Assembly (NCBI GenBank): GCA_000091205.1
Contig: AP006497.2
DNA from: Cyanidioschyzon merolae
Taxonomy: Eukaryota
Length of the DNA stretch: 64,000 nucleotides
Direction: 5' to 3' (one strand)
In this document: positions 54,674 through 64,000 of the stretch, piece by piece
Numbering within the stretch: the stretch's first letter is position 1
Layout of the letters: each line of letters begins with the position of its first letter
Notes under the pieces: model-generated
What the model was told of the DNA's origin: nothing
The model's database searches: none
Seen by the model: only the letters and a program-made list of their open reading frames with translations
Translations under genes and position numbers: made by a program

Positions 54674-54984
54674 CAACGAATTCCCAAGTCGCTTTCGTGG
54701 CGATCCTCTGCTCGCCGCTTTCCACGTCTAGCACAGCGGGAGCCTGGTTGGAACTTGCTGATCACGCCCGCACGGCAACCGCTGCAGCAGCGGCAACGCT
54801 GGGCCTACGACGAACCGAACCGCGCACTCGAGCGCTGACTCCTGTTCACGCACTTAGTTCTCGTCTCCGTTAGCTGCTGACTGGAGCTGTGCTTGAGGGC
54901 GACGCCTTCGCTCGGTTCGTCAGCTGAAGCCATTCCAAAGCAGCACCATTTTCCGGTGAGTTCGTGCAAGCGGTTACGCGGCCG

Positions 54985-55450
54985 GTGCGTTGTTTTTTTT
55001 GATGACAAAACGTTTACATTGACCATGGATCCCAGATTGCAGGATGGATATTGGTAATCGAAAAAGTATCCATCATGCTGCTGTACCCTACCTCCAAGTT
55101 CCATCACCCATACTTCCTCTCGGATATACTGGTCGTTTCGTACGTTCTAACGTGCACCGAGTACCTGCCATGCCGTACCCGCCGTAGAGCCTATACTGCT
55201 GGTCCGGATTCAGCAAGGGAACGGAACGGCGTTGCCATACCACTGAGGGCGTCGACTCGAGGCATGGTTCATCCGACAGGGAGTTGGGATTCATTATCAT
55301 ACTGGGAGCCAGCAAGCTGCGCAGACAGACGTACTGCCTGCGACAGCGCGAAGCGATATCCTAGGAGTCCTCTGGGACCAGCGCGACGCCCAGAAGCAGC
55401 CCATCAGCACCTTGTGTCAGAATGAACTGCGTTGCGGACGAGTTGTTCAG
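54985..55450 (-). mobile_element. 5'-truncated non-LTR retrotransposon 3'-end copy (C4, diverged subfamily).
   Basis: The reverse complement aligns with C1-C3 and the LINE 3' end. The tail ...atggtcaatgtaaacgttttgtcatcaaaaaaaac ends at about 54990. Confidence 0.55.
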
Positions 55451-56984
55451 ATCTCACCATACCACCTGCCACTGGGGGAAGCATGAAACGCAAGCCCGGC
55501 AGACTTGTCCGGCTCGCGGGACCTTCCGCCTAAAAGGTAAACTTTCGACAATATGGAGACCTTTCCGCCTTGGCAGGCTTCGATGGCGTCGAGGCGGTCG
55601 ACTGAGCACATCCCCAAATCCTATAGTACGGCATCTGGCTCGGAAACGATGCACAACATTGAACCGGAGCATACTGTATATGTCAAGGGCATCTGTCGAG
55701 CGACGAAGCGAGCGTTCACGCGCCGACGAGCGAATCTCCGTGGCAAGCGAGATACTGTCGACATACGGGAGAACGCCTGACAAGCAGCAATTCTCACCGC
55801 TGCGGAAGGAGCATCGAGTTTGTGTGCAAGGAGGACGAAAATGGCGTGCAAAATTTAGACCATAACTTTCGTCTGAGCATGAGATGCATCCACAACAGCC
55901 TCAAGAGGCGTTATCGACACCTTAACGCTGATATGAACTTGCTTCACCTAGTTACAATGGATCAGGAGGAAAAACAGAGATCCGCGTATTTCAAGCGGGA
56001 GATTAGATAGACATATCAGACACATTCGCAGAAAAAGCCAGTAAATTCTAGAGCTGACGATACCGGGAGCAGACCCCAATGTTGGCCTGTGCGCCCGAAT
56101 CAGCAAAGTGGATCCAAGCTGTTTCATGCTGAAATGAGTGCGTACGCGTGTCCCGCTTCGTACGAATAGAAAAGTGCGGATACGCCAGTGACACCCGCCA
56201 TCGCTGCGGTTGGGCTCTCCACAGGTCTCTGCAGAGCATCTCACATCGCCTGCCGTTCTATGTTCCTACAGGACGCACAATACTTGAAGCATTACCCAAC
56301 CACAGGCAGAAGCGGGTGCATGTGCCTGCACTGCGCCTCGAATTCACACACACACAGACAGACATTTGTGGAACGTTGGCCACGGTGGGTCAGCCGTGCC
56401 TCATCGCATATGTGGCCTGCGAGACGACACCGGCTCAGGCAGCTCAGGCCCGTTTTTCTTACTGCAAGGCATTTGCGGCGTTGCAGCAGTTATCTGAAGC
56501 AGGCGTGCTATCCAGACGAACCGTTTTCTTGGGCGGAGCTGAACGAATATACCCGATATGAAGAGTAAAATGAGCTGACTGGTGTACAGCGAGATCCAGC
56601 GAGCTCCGGTAGTCTCCTCTTTGGTAGCCAACGGTAATCGCGTTTCCGAGCGACTCTGGTTCGAAGCATCGGTCATACACTCCATGAAAAATACCCCTGG
56701 GTGTTTATCATGAGCCTCTGCGCCCGCTTGACACTAGTGCATCGCTATACCAATCATAACCGATATGATAAGTGAACATAGCAAACGTGCACCATATGCT
56801 GCAAGGATAACCGTGCCCGTGTCCCTGGTCCATACTGCATAACGCGATGTATTTCGGAACCGCCTGATGATGATCATGCAGCCACGAACCGGAACGGCCT
56901 TCGTCTTCTCGACATCGCCTCGTGTCAAGGCATGCACGAACCTTGAGCGCGTCCGAGGCCATGGACAGGCTAGACAGCGCCCTT

Positions 56985-57635
56985 CTAATCGACTTCCATA
57001 TCGCTATCAACCGGTGATGCGAGCAGTCCCTCCGAAACAGCTTCCACCCCAGCTATCCTGACTTGATTCGCCGTTCGAGGACGACCAGGCTCTTCAATGA
57101 CCCATTCGTTTGCCTCTGCATACTCCCTGCAGCGCTGCTTTGCGTCCTGTATAGCGGAGCGGACACGGCGAATGCGCTGCTCCCAAGCGTCGAGTCGCTG
57201 CAAAAAAAGCTGCACCTCCTCGGTCTCGACCTGCGCACTCGCCTCTACGCCGTGCACTGTAAACACCTCACGCTCAGAGTCAATTTGACCGCAGATGACT
57301 CCGTTTTCTATTGCGGTGAGCAGCAACGATACGAGCTCGGAACGCTCTCTGATCCCGAGCGCAGCAGTCAACTCTCCGTACGACCACACGTTCCGCCTTG
57401 CAATCAAACGAAGCAGCGTCCCTACCGCTGAATTATAGCCCAGCAGTTCACCACCAGACTTTAGCCTCTGTGAGCCCGGTCTTTCAGCGTGCAACGCTGT
57501 GCACACAGCTTCATTGGTTTCGCCAGTAACGCTGTCTGTCACCACCGGTTCCACCGAACTGTGCAGTGCGGTAGCTGGCAGCCGCTGAGCTTCCCCCAAA
57601 GCCGTTGACGCCGGTGCTTTCGTATGCCCACTCAT
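56985..57635 (-). CDS. PCI-domain protein, probably COP9 signalosome subunit 7 (CSN7)-like, 216 aa.
   Basis: The winged-helix part LLRLIARRNVWSYGELTAALGIRERSELVSLLLTAIENGVICGQIDSEREVFTV resembles CSN7 (.Y..L..L.I.NVRELEDLVIEA.Y.D...G.IDQ.N..LEV). It is followed by a helical/coiled region QLFLQRLDAWEQRIRRVRSAIQDAKQRCREY, as in CSN7 C-termini. Confidence 0.5.
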   Translation of the reverse strand: MSGHTKAPASTALGEAQRLPATALHSSVEPVVTDSVTGETNEAVCTALHAERPGSQRLKSGGELLGYNSAVGTLLRLIARRNVWSYGELTAALGIRERSELVSLLLTAIENGVICGQIDSEREVFTVHGVEASAQVETEEVQLFLQRLDAWEQRIRRVRSAIQDAKQRCREYAEANEWVIEEPGRPRTANQVRIAGVEAVSEGLLASPVDSDMEVD

Positions 57636-57949
57636 AACCGTTTTCCCTGTTCAGTGCTTTGTACGGACTCCACATCCTTCAACAAACGCCTTCCCTCGCA
57701 CCAGCTGGCGAGACAAGTCCAAGCAGAAGACGTCAGTCTCAGTAACTGCGAACAGTTGAACTTGGCGGGCGCGCGGGCACCCACCCACTACCTGCTGCGT
57801 CCGTTGCGGCAACGCTGCTGCTTCCACGAGCAACGTGCTGGTGCATACTGCACCTCCTGAACTCTGCTGACACGCCTTGAATTGTTTTGGTTCCCTTCTT
57901 AGCACCAAAGTTGATCTCTCTTCGAACGTGACCACCTGGTGCTGGACGC

Positions 57950-59047
57950 ATGTCGAGTGAAAGCGGTGTGCCGGCAACGTCGGGTAGCGAAGCGGCAGAG
58001 CGTTTGACCAAGACGCTGTGCGGTGTTTACGCACTATGCTTCGTTATCGGGTGGCTCTACAAGCGCTGGCTCCTTCGGCGTTGGAAGCGCGCCATCCTAG
58101 AGGTATTGCGAGAACAATGTGCGGTGGTTGGCGAGGACCTTGTGCGCTTAGCGGGGTCCAGTGCGAGCCGGGACGCCACCACACTCGTTACCGACGTCTG
58201 GAAACGAGCAGACAACGGCGTGCTCGAAGTGTACGCCTCTGGGAGGCGGCACGTTGCTGGGGTTCTACTACGCCTTGATCCCGTTCCTCGAGAGGACGTC
58301 TTTACCTTGATTCACGACTTTTTGTTCGAGGAAGCACCGGATCGTCTGTCGATCAAGGCATTTATTTCTACGAAAATGGAGCGTTGCGTCTTTGCCTTGG
58401 CAAAGAAACATGAACTGAAACGCTTGCATGTCTCGTATCGAGAGCTCGAGCACTACACAGAGCAAGTCACAACCGTGGCACCGGAGCTCTCCAGTGAGTA
58501 CGGCGTTCTGGCGGATACGAAAGAACTCGCGCAGCGAATCTTGAACGCTTCTCGCGTCGCCCTGCTCAATCGATATGTCGATATCATTCAGCGGCTGCGT
58601 TTCAGTGATATCTATGAAGACGTACCTCAGGACGATGACGAGGATGCCCAAGAAGCTGATTCAGAAAAGCCGAATGCATCGGTGGAATCTCGCGAGCCGC
58701 CTGGTACGCTGCATCCCAGCAGCTGGAGCCAAGTCGTTCATTTGCAGCTTGCGTTACCTGTGAATCTGGAGTCGCTGTCGGAGGTGCTTCGCTTCTTTTT
58801 CGATTTGGTTGACGAGGTTGCCACGATGCGGATGTCGCATGAAGCGCAGCATGCGACGCAGGCGCTTCGGGAGCTCGTCCAGCGGGAGCGTCAGAAGCGA
58901 CTCAATCGAGCCCGAGCGAAAGAGGAGAAGGAAAAAGCCGAAGAGCGTGTGGCTCGTTTCGAAGACGCAGAACGCCGTCGCCGCGAACGTCGTGAGTACC
59001 GTCGCCGGGCCAGGAGCCAACGAGCACCCCTGCGCATCTTTTTCTGA
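57950..59047 (+). CDS. Conserved hypothetical membrane protein (365 aa) with one N-terminal TM segment and a C-terminal highly charged coiled-coil. It is possibly CCDC47/DUF1682-like.
   Basis: TM segment GVYALCFVIGWLY. The central block VLEVYASGRRHVAGVLLRLDPVPREDVFTLIHDFLFEE is conserved-looking. The tail RERQKRLNRARAKEEKEKAEERVARFEDAERRRRERREYRRRAR is Lys/Arg/Glu-rich. I assign the family from memory only. Confidence 0.35.
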   Translation: MSSESGVPATSGSEAAERLTKTLCGVYALCFVIGWLYKRWLLRRWKRAILEVLREQCAVVGEDLVRLAGSSASRDATTLVTDVWKRADNGVLEVYASGRRHVAGVLLRLDPVPREDVFTLIHDFLFEEAPDRLSIKAFISTKMERCVFALAKKHELKRLHVSYRELEHYTEQVTTVAPELSSEYGVLADTKELAQRILNASRVALLNRYVDIIQRLRFSDIYEDVPQDDDEDAQEADSEKPNASVESREPPGTLHPSSWSQVVHLQLALPVNLESLSEVLRFFFDLVDEVATMRMSHEAQHATQALRELVQRERQKRLNRARAKEEKEKAEERVARFEDAERRRRERREYRRRARSQRAPLRIFF

Positions 59048-59738
59048 TGCACAGGGCGAAAGCTGCGAGTTTCAGTGCGGGGCACCCCAGGCGTCGCCCT
59101 CGCGGTGCATTTACGCCGCTGAACGTCGCCCATGCCGGTTGTCTCTGCACGTATACGTCCATACTGGGCGTGTTCGGTCGCAGGTGTGCACCCTGCACGC
59201 TGCCGAGGCTCAAGCGCCCATCGCCAAACTGCCGCCAAAGCGTACGTATCGCTGGGTACACGCCAGGCAACTGGTCGCTGGTATCGCCAGTAGGCGTAGA
59301 CGCCTACCAGTGGTTCAGGAGTGGCATACCTGCAGCGTTGATCGGACGGTTTCCTGTTCCAGAGTTCATTGTGCTCATCTCACCGATAAACTTTAATGAC
59401 TAGGGCAAATTGAATTCGAGCATTTGCGCTTCCGGGAAGAGAACCACCAGCTTGTGAACATCTGGATTGCCCTTGGTACAAAGCGTTTTGGCATTTGCGC
59501 ACGCACCAAAAGAACCACCTACCGAGGTGATCTAGATGACCCCTGGTACATGGTCCTCGTACCTCGTCCATCATGAGTGCCATATGCGAGCACCGGATCC
59601 GTGCCAACGGGCAGAAACACATCGGGCTATTGCGTATGCATACGCTGCACCATCGCCAGACGCTGTTGCATGCGTTATCCGCACTGCTGGCACGTTACCA
59701 GCGATGCAGAGGCCCACAGAAGCCGGCCTGCCAAGTTC

Positions 59739-61070
59739 CTAGGCTTTAATCTCGCTGGTTTTCACGGGACGGCCTTCATCAAGGCTCTTCTTCGCTGCCC
59801 GTGCGATAACCATTGCTGCGCGACCGTCGCGGCCACTGGTCGGCATCGGTTTGTTGTTCAGCAGGCAGTCCACAAAAACTGAGACTTCGTTGCGATAGGC
59901 TCTCTCGTAACGATCCATGAAGAACGAATACGGCATTGCCGCACGACGCACGCTGCTTTTGTCCTCTAGCATCACATCATTCGGATACGCGTTTCCAAAG
60001 GATACTTGGCCTTTGCTGCCAAAAACCTCCACGCGCTGATCGTATCCGAAGCTGCATAACCTAGACACTTCCACCGTTCCGAAAGCACCGTTATCGAACC
60101 TCAGCAAAACGACCATGACGTCGGTATCGCCAGCCTCCTGGGCAATGCGCGGATCCACCCGACACGCCCCTACCGTGTAAACCTCCGTGCATTCCGCCCC
60201 GTTCATGAGAAAGCGAGCAACGTCAAAGTCGTGGATCGCTTGATCATTCGCCTGCCCACCGGACATTTTCAGGTACTCAATAGGCGGCGGTGCTGGGTCC
60301 CGCGATGTGAGCTTGAAGGTGAACGGCTCGCCGATATCTCCGCGAGCGACTGCCGCCTGGGCACTCGCGAAAAACGGATCAAAACGACGCTGGAATGCGA
60401 GCATCATCTTGACGCCGCTGCGCTCTACTGTCTGAATGACTTCATCCGCCTCAGCTAAGGTGATTGCAAGCGGCTTCTCACAGAATATATGCTTTCCTGC
60501 AGCGCAACATGCTTTGATCTGCGCTGCGTGGAGCGTTGACGGCGAACATATGAACACGGCGTGTATGTCCTTGTTCTCTACAAGATCCTCAAATCGCGTC
60601 GATACTCGTGGTATTCCGAACTTAGTGGCAGCGGACTGGGCTGCTTTCTCTATAGTGTCAACGATGTGCACAGCCCGGGCGTTTGGCAGACGCGAGAGCG
60701 TCTCTGCGTGCACCTGGCCGATACGCCCGGCCCCGACAATACCAATGTTGACGCAGGCTCCCGCGCTGCTTTGAGACGACAGCGAACGCTGCGTGCTGTT
60801 TAGTTGGCGCACAGCAAAAATCTCTCTAGTCGATCCGATGCCATTCGAGTTAAAAGTGCTCAGTCGAATCAATCGGCCACAAAACTTTGCAGCTTGCATG
60901 GTGGACGCCCAGTACACGCAACGAGCAGCGCTCAAGGGAGGCGCATCGTCCGAAACGACGCAGAAGCTGCAGCGGCGACGGCGGTGGAGAGCGCCGGCGT
61001 TGGATGAGCGGCGCCAGGCGCAGCATCTGCACTCTAGGATGTCGTTTCCATTTGATACCAAAACATTCAT
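59739..61070 (-). CDS. Gfo/Idh/MocA-family NAD(P)-dependent oxidoreductase (inositol 2-dehydrogenase-like), 443 aa. It carries an N-terminal extension of about 100 aa; an alternative ATG at 60899 gives 386 aa.
   Basis: Both ATGs verified. The N-terminal Rossmann fold reads NIGIVGAGRIGQVHAETLSRLPNARAVHIVDT...HAVFICSPSTLHAAQIKACCAAGKHIFCEKPLAITLAEADEVIQTVERSGVKMMLAFQRRFDP, with the EKP catalytic motif and the C-terminal GFO_IDH_MocA_C region. Confidence 0.85.
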   Translation of the reverse strand: MNVLVSNGNDILECRCCAWRRSSNAGALHRRRRCSFCVVSDDAPPLSAARCVYWASTMQAAKFCGRLIRLSTFNSNGIGSTREIFAVRQLNSTQRSLSSQSSAGACVNIGIVGAGRIGQVHAETLSRLPNARAVHIVDTIEKAAQSAATKFGIPRVSTRFEDLVENKDIHAVFICSPSTLHAAQIKACCAAGKHIFCEKPLAITLAEADEVIQTVERSGVKMMLAFQRRFDPFFASAQAAVARGDIGEPFTFKLTSRDPAPPPIEYLKMSGGQANDQAIHDFDVARFLMNGAECTEVYTVGACRVDPRIAQEAGDTDVMVVLLRFDNGAFGTVEVSRLCSFGYDQRVEVFGSKGQVSFGNAYPNDVMLEDKSSVRRAAMPYSFFMDRYERAYRNEVSVFVDCLLNNKPMPTSGRDGRAAMVIARAAKKSLDEGRPVKTSEIKA

Positions 61071-63343
61071 GAATGTTCATTATTTGCATGCTTTTGTCGA
61101 TGCAGCATTCGGGAACGACACGACGGAGCGATCTCGCTGAAACCCGAACTCGAATAAGCGACGTGACACGTTCAGTGAGACCTTCGGCAGGGGCTTTTTT
61201 CAACAACTCGCCAGGGAACGACGTCGATTAATTCGCGTCCTCAGTCTAGTGGCGCATATTGCTGGGTCCACGAGTTTCCTGAAAACGTAAAGATCGAAAA
61301 CTTGAAGAATATGTTATTGAAGCATGCGGTATGTATGGAGAAGAGAGACGTGGAGGCTAGTACTTGCTAGCAGGAAGATATCGATTACTTTATGAATCAG
61401 TGGTACACTGCATCGCGAATCATTTCCAAGCCACTTACGTCAAGAATCGCACCGGCAAACTTTCGAAGGAGTCGCTCTGAAACGACGACAGAGAATCCGA
61501 AAACTTCGTACGAGGAGTCCCTGAGCTCTGATACCTGCACTCCGTGCCTCCAGGCCGTGAATCTACAGTGCATTCGGGAACGTAATCGAGAGGCAGGAAC
61601 AAGGCAGCCTGTTCAGTGTACCAGGTTCATTGAGCACGAGTCCTTCGAAGGTGACCGCTGCCCAGCTCCCGTCAAGGCGCTGGGTCAACCAGCACGCAGT
61701 CAGCCCTATTTGCTTCCACATCCATAGCGCCAGGTGTCGCACAGTGGCATATCATATCAAACGGACATGAACTGCGTTTCAAGAGGAAAAAACCCTGCCG
61801 AGATGCCAGACGTGGAGACGCAGGCTCGCATCCCGGATCTCGACTACGAAACAAATTCTAGTCGGCAAGTTTCAGGGCTCTGGTGCTGTTTGACAAAGTG
61901 CATCCGCGCTGACAGACTATCTGAGGGTAAAGCGCAAAGCGTCTTAGTCTAGACGAGACAACCGTTGGTAGTGCAAACACGACATAGTTGTTGCCGGAAA
62001 AGCAAAGCTCCGCGAAAGCACTCGCGTCCCTGGCAACATTGCGATCGACGTTTCGCGAGCTGTCGCGTTCGATGAACAAACGAAAGTTGCGTCGTTCGCG
62101 AACGTCAAGTCCTCAGTGGAAACTGCGTTACTCGACCAGAACGAAAGTTTTTATAGGTAAAAGAGCAAGACTGAACCTTCTATGGGGTTTTACCCTTTTC
62201 ACTGGACCTGGCGGACCCGCTCTGGTGGTCAGGTGCGACTCTTTGGCGTGCTTGTGACGCTTCCACTTCTCGGTGGGAGCTGGTGGTGGTCGCAAAGCGC
62301 GTCCTTCCACGAACGATCCACAAATGTTGTACCTAACGACCGATTTCAGCGTGAAAAAGATGGAGGCAGTAACTCACGGGAGCTACCGCCTCCACAGTGA
62401 CGGTTGTAAGAGTTCTGGGAGTTGCCACGCCTTACTGCAAACGAGGTCGACCTGGTCGCTGCTCACCGGGAGGTTGTCTCGGGCCCAGCTCCGCCCGAGC
62501 TTTTTCCGCCAAGAGTCGCTCTGACTCGAGCAGTGCGTCGGCTTTGTCTCTGAGCAAACGAACAAACCGTGGAGCGTTGACGATCATAAGCACCAGAGCC
62601 ATGAGTATAATGTGCGCGTACGGGGCCGGTACTTTGGAAAAGTACCAGCCCAAAGCGCGCGCCATGTACTCCCCTATCACTGGACGACTCGAAATGGACT
62701 CCATGTTGCTCAAGGCTTGGCAAGTGTGGAGCTTGTCTTGAAGTGCAGGTGAGGTTTCGCTTCCACAGTGCCAGCTTCCGTTACCTTCCCAGGAACCTGT
62801 GCCGTTGACGCCACTGCCGCTGCCGCCGTCGATTGATAACAACCGCTTGCGGGAGCGCTGACGGAGACACAGTAGCCTTTGTAACAACCACTACTTGCAG
62901 TGATGCTTGCCTTTGTACGAACTGGTGCGGTAGACGCCTCTACAGCTGCTCGTAGCGAACAAAGGCACCTGAAAGCGCAAGCGTATAATCGTTAGCGTCG
63001 CGGCGTCATGACGCACAGCGGCAGCAAGTCTCCAACGACACGCCCTGTTGACTTTGGACGACAGGCATCGTTTCTTCAGCGTGTACGTTTGGGACCTACG
63101 CATTCGCGTACTTTTGCCTTTGTAAAGTAGAGTTTGAGTTGTTGGACCAGTTTTTTGGTGGAAGCCTCGGAATAGTTGGACAGCGTGTCTCGAACGATCT
63201 CGTGACATTGTGATCAACGTCGAGCGCTCTCCACGACCGCGTTTGTGCTGGTTGTCGCCTCGCACAACCGCCTCGAACTGTGCGATGCTCGGTACGCAAC
63301 AAGTTCAACAATCACGGCAGACCTGGGAACTAGACGCAGCATC

Positions 63344-64000
63344 ATGACCGACCTACGACCAACTTTCGGGAAGCGACCTCTGCGGCGCTCCGCAATACTG
63401 GAGCACTTGGCGGCAATTCGTTATCGTACGGGTCGCCGCTACCCTTGCGCCATACTGGACGGCGGCTTTGCTACCGAGATAGAACGATTAGGGCACGATC
63501 TGTCGACGACTGCAACCCAAGGAGAATGGGCAGCAGCCGTGCTTCACAAAGCGCCGCACGATGTGCAGCGAGTCCACAGGCGATACCTGGAAGCAGGTGC
63601 TGAAATCCTGACATCTGCCTCTTATCAGGCTTCTATGGCGAGCATTCCGACTGCAGTGGAGGTTCTAGCTCGGTCTCTTGATCGACTTGACACACAAGCG
63701 TCGTATGTACTGCGGGCTGTGTCGCTAGGCCCCCTGGCTGCTAGGCTTGGGGGCGGCCTCGAGTACCGCGGCTACGCGGATACCGAGCTATTTGCGGCGG
63801 GTGATGAGGCCGCACGTGAAACGTTTCGGCGGTATCACGAGCCGCGTATCGCTGCATGTGTACCGTTTTTTGCGGAAAACTCGAATGACCGGGATCTCAC
63901 GGGCGATGGCACGGTTCCGCGAGCTGACTTTATCCTCTTTGAAACCGTACCAGACGCCCTCGAGGCAACGTGTATTTCGGAGCTCATGACCAGTGATACG
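63344..64000 (+). CDS. Homocysteine S-methyltransferase (HMT/MmuM family). The N-terminal 219 aa are in the window and the ORF runs off the right edge.
   Basis: ATG verified at 63344. MTDLRPTFGKRPLRRSAILEHLAAIRYRTGRRYPCAILDGGFATEIERLGHDL...EWAAAVL...PHDVQRVHRRYLEAGAEILTSASYQAS...VSLGPLAARLGGGLEYRGY...RRYHEPRIAA matches E. coli MmuM ILLLDGAMATELEARGCNL..LWSAKVL..PELIREVHLDYYRAGAQCAITASYQAT...[20 protein letters not shown]...FHRPRVEAL. There is no in-window stop, so it is missing from the ORF track. Confidence 0.85.
   Translation, partial: MTDLRPTFGKRPLRRSAILEHLAAIRYRTGRRYPCAILDGGFATEIERLGHDLSTTATQGEWAAAVLHKAPHDVQRVHRRYLEAGAEILTSASYQASMASIPTAVEVLARSLDRLDTQASYVLRAVSLGPLAARLGGGLEYRGYADTELFAAGDEAARETFRRYHEPRIAACVPFFAENSNDRDLTGDGTVPRADFILFETVPDALEATCISELMTSDT

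Noticed and set aside
1-64000. Whether the window could be prokaryotic, or a bacterial contaminant contig, given the Glk, SmpB, ABC-permease, MmuM and IolG-like genes
   Set aside because: The same contiguous sequence carries a LINE reverse transcriptase, ESCRT-II/III genes, cytosolic ribosomal proteins S11 and L18a, MON2, CSN7 and UBX/TUG-like genes. Codon-level CAG/GCT microsatellites interrupt coding regions, and there are no operon-like same-strand gene runs. It is eukaryotic nuclear DNA.
1-64000. CRISPR arrays, rRNA genes, prophage or integron structures
   Set aside because: I saw no short direct repeats with regular unique spacers and no rRNA-like conserved blocks. The only sizeable repeats are the LINE-derived copies, the 145-bp tandem duplication and the microsatellites listed above.

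Overview
This 64-kb window is GC-rich (~57%) eukaryotic nuclear DNA with compact, apparently intron-less genes on both strands. The gene content suggests an oomycete-like stramenopile, but that is only an inference. Genes I can support are: a bacterial-type glucokinase (partial, at the left edge); an MECR-like enoyl reductase; the ESCRT ATPase VPS4; a large tandem-duplicated bacterial ABC-importer-type permease; a steroid 5-alpha-reductase family protein; a TUG/ASPSCR1-like UBX protein; ribosomal protein S11 (uS17); a MON2 homolog of about 2,000 aa; a Nudix hydrolase divergently paired with an SmpB gene that carries an organellar presequence; ribose-5-phosphate isomerase A; ESCRT-II VPS22/SNF8; an SNH(SS18/GIF)+Myb protein; cyclophilin; ribosomal protein L18a (eL20); a mitochondrial carrier; a CSN7-like PCI protein; a Gfo/Idh/MocA oxidoreductase; and a homocysteine S-methyltransferase (partial, at the right edge). 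Accessory content is one degenerate LINE-like retrotransposon at 35.7-39.3 kb, five 5'-truncated copies of its 3' end from at least two subfamilies (one pair nested), and immediately downstream a degenerate TnpB/Fanzor-like RuvC-type ORF. Several microsatellites lie inside coding regions, encoding poly-Ala, poly-Ser/Asp, poly-Gln and His/Leu-rich stretches. The supplied ORF track evidently accepts GTG/TTG starts, so many track ORFs carry spurious N-terminal extensions; I re-anchored starts on ATG codons where homology allowed. There are no rRNA genes or CRISPR arrays, and I found no convincing tRNA. All calls rest on by-eye motif recognition and recalled homolog sequences; no database search was run.
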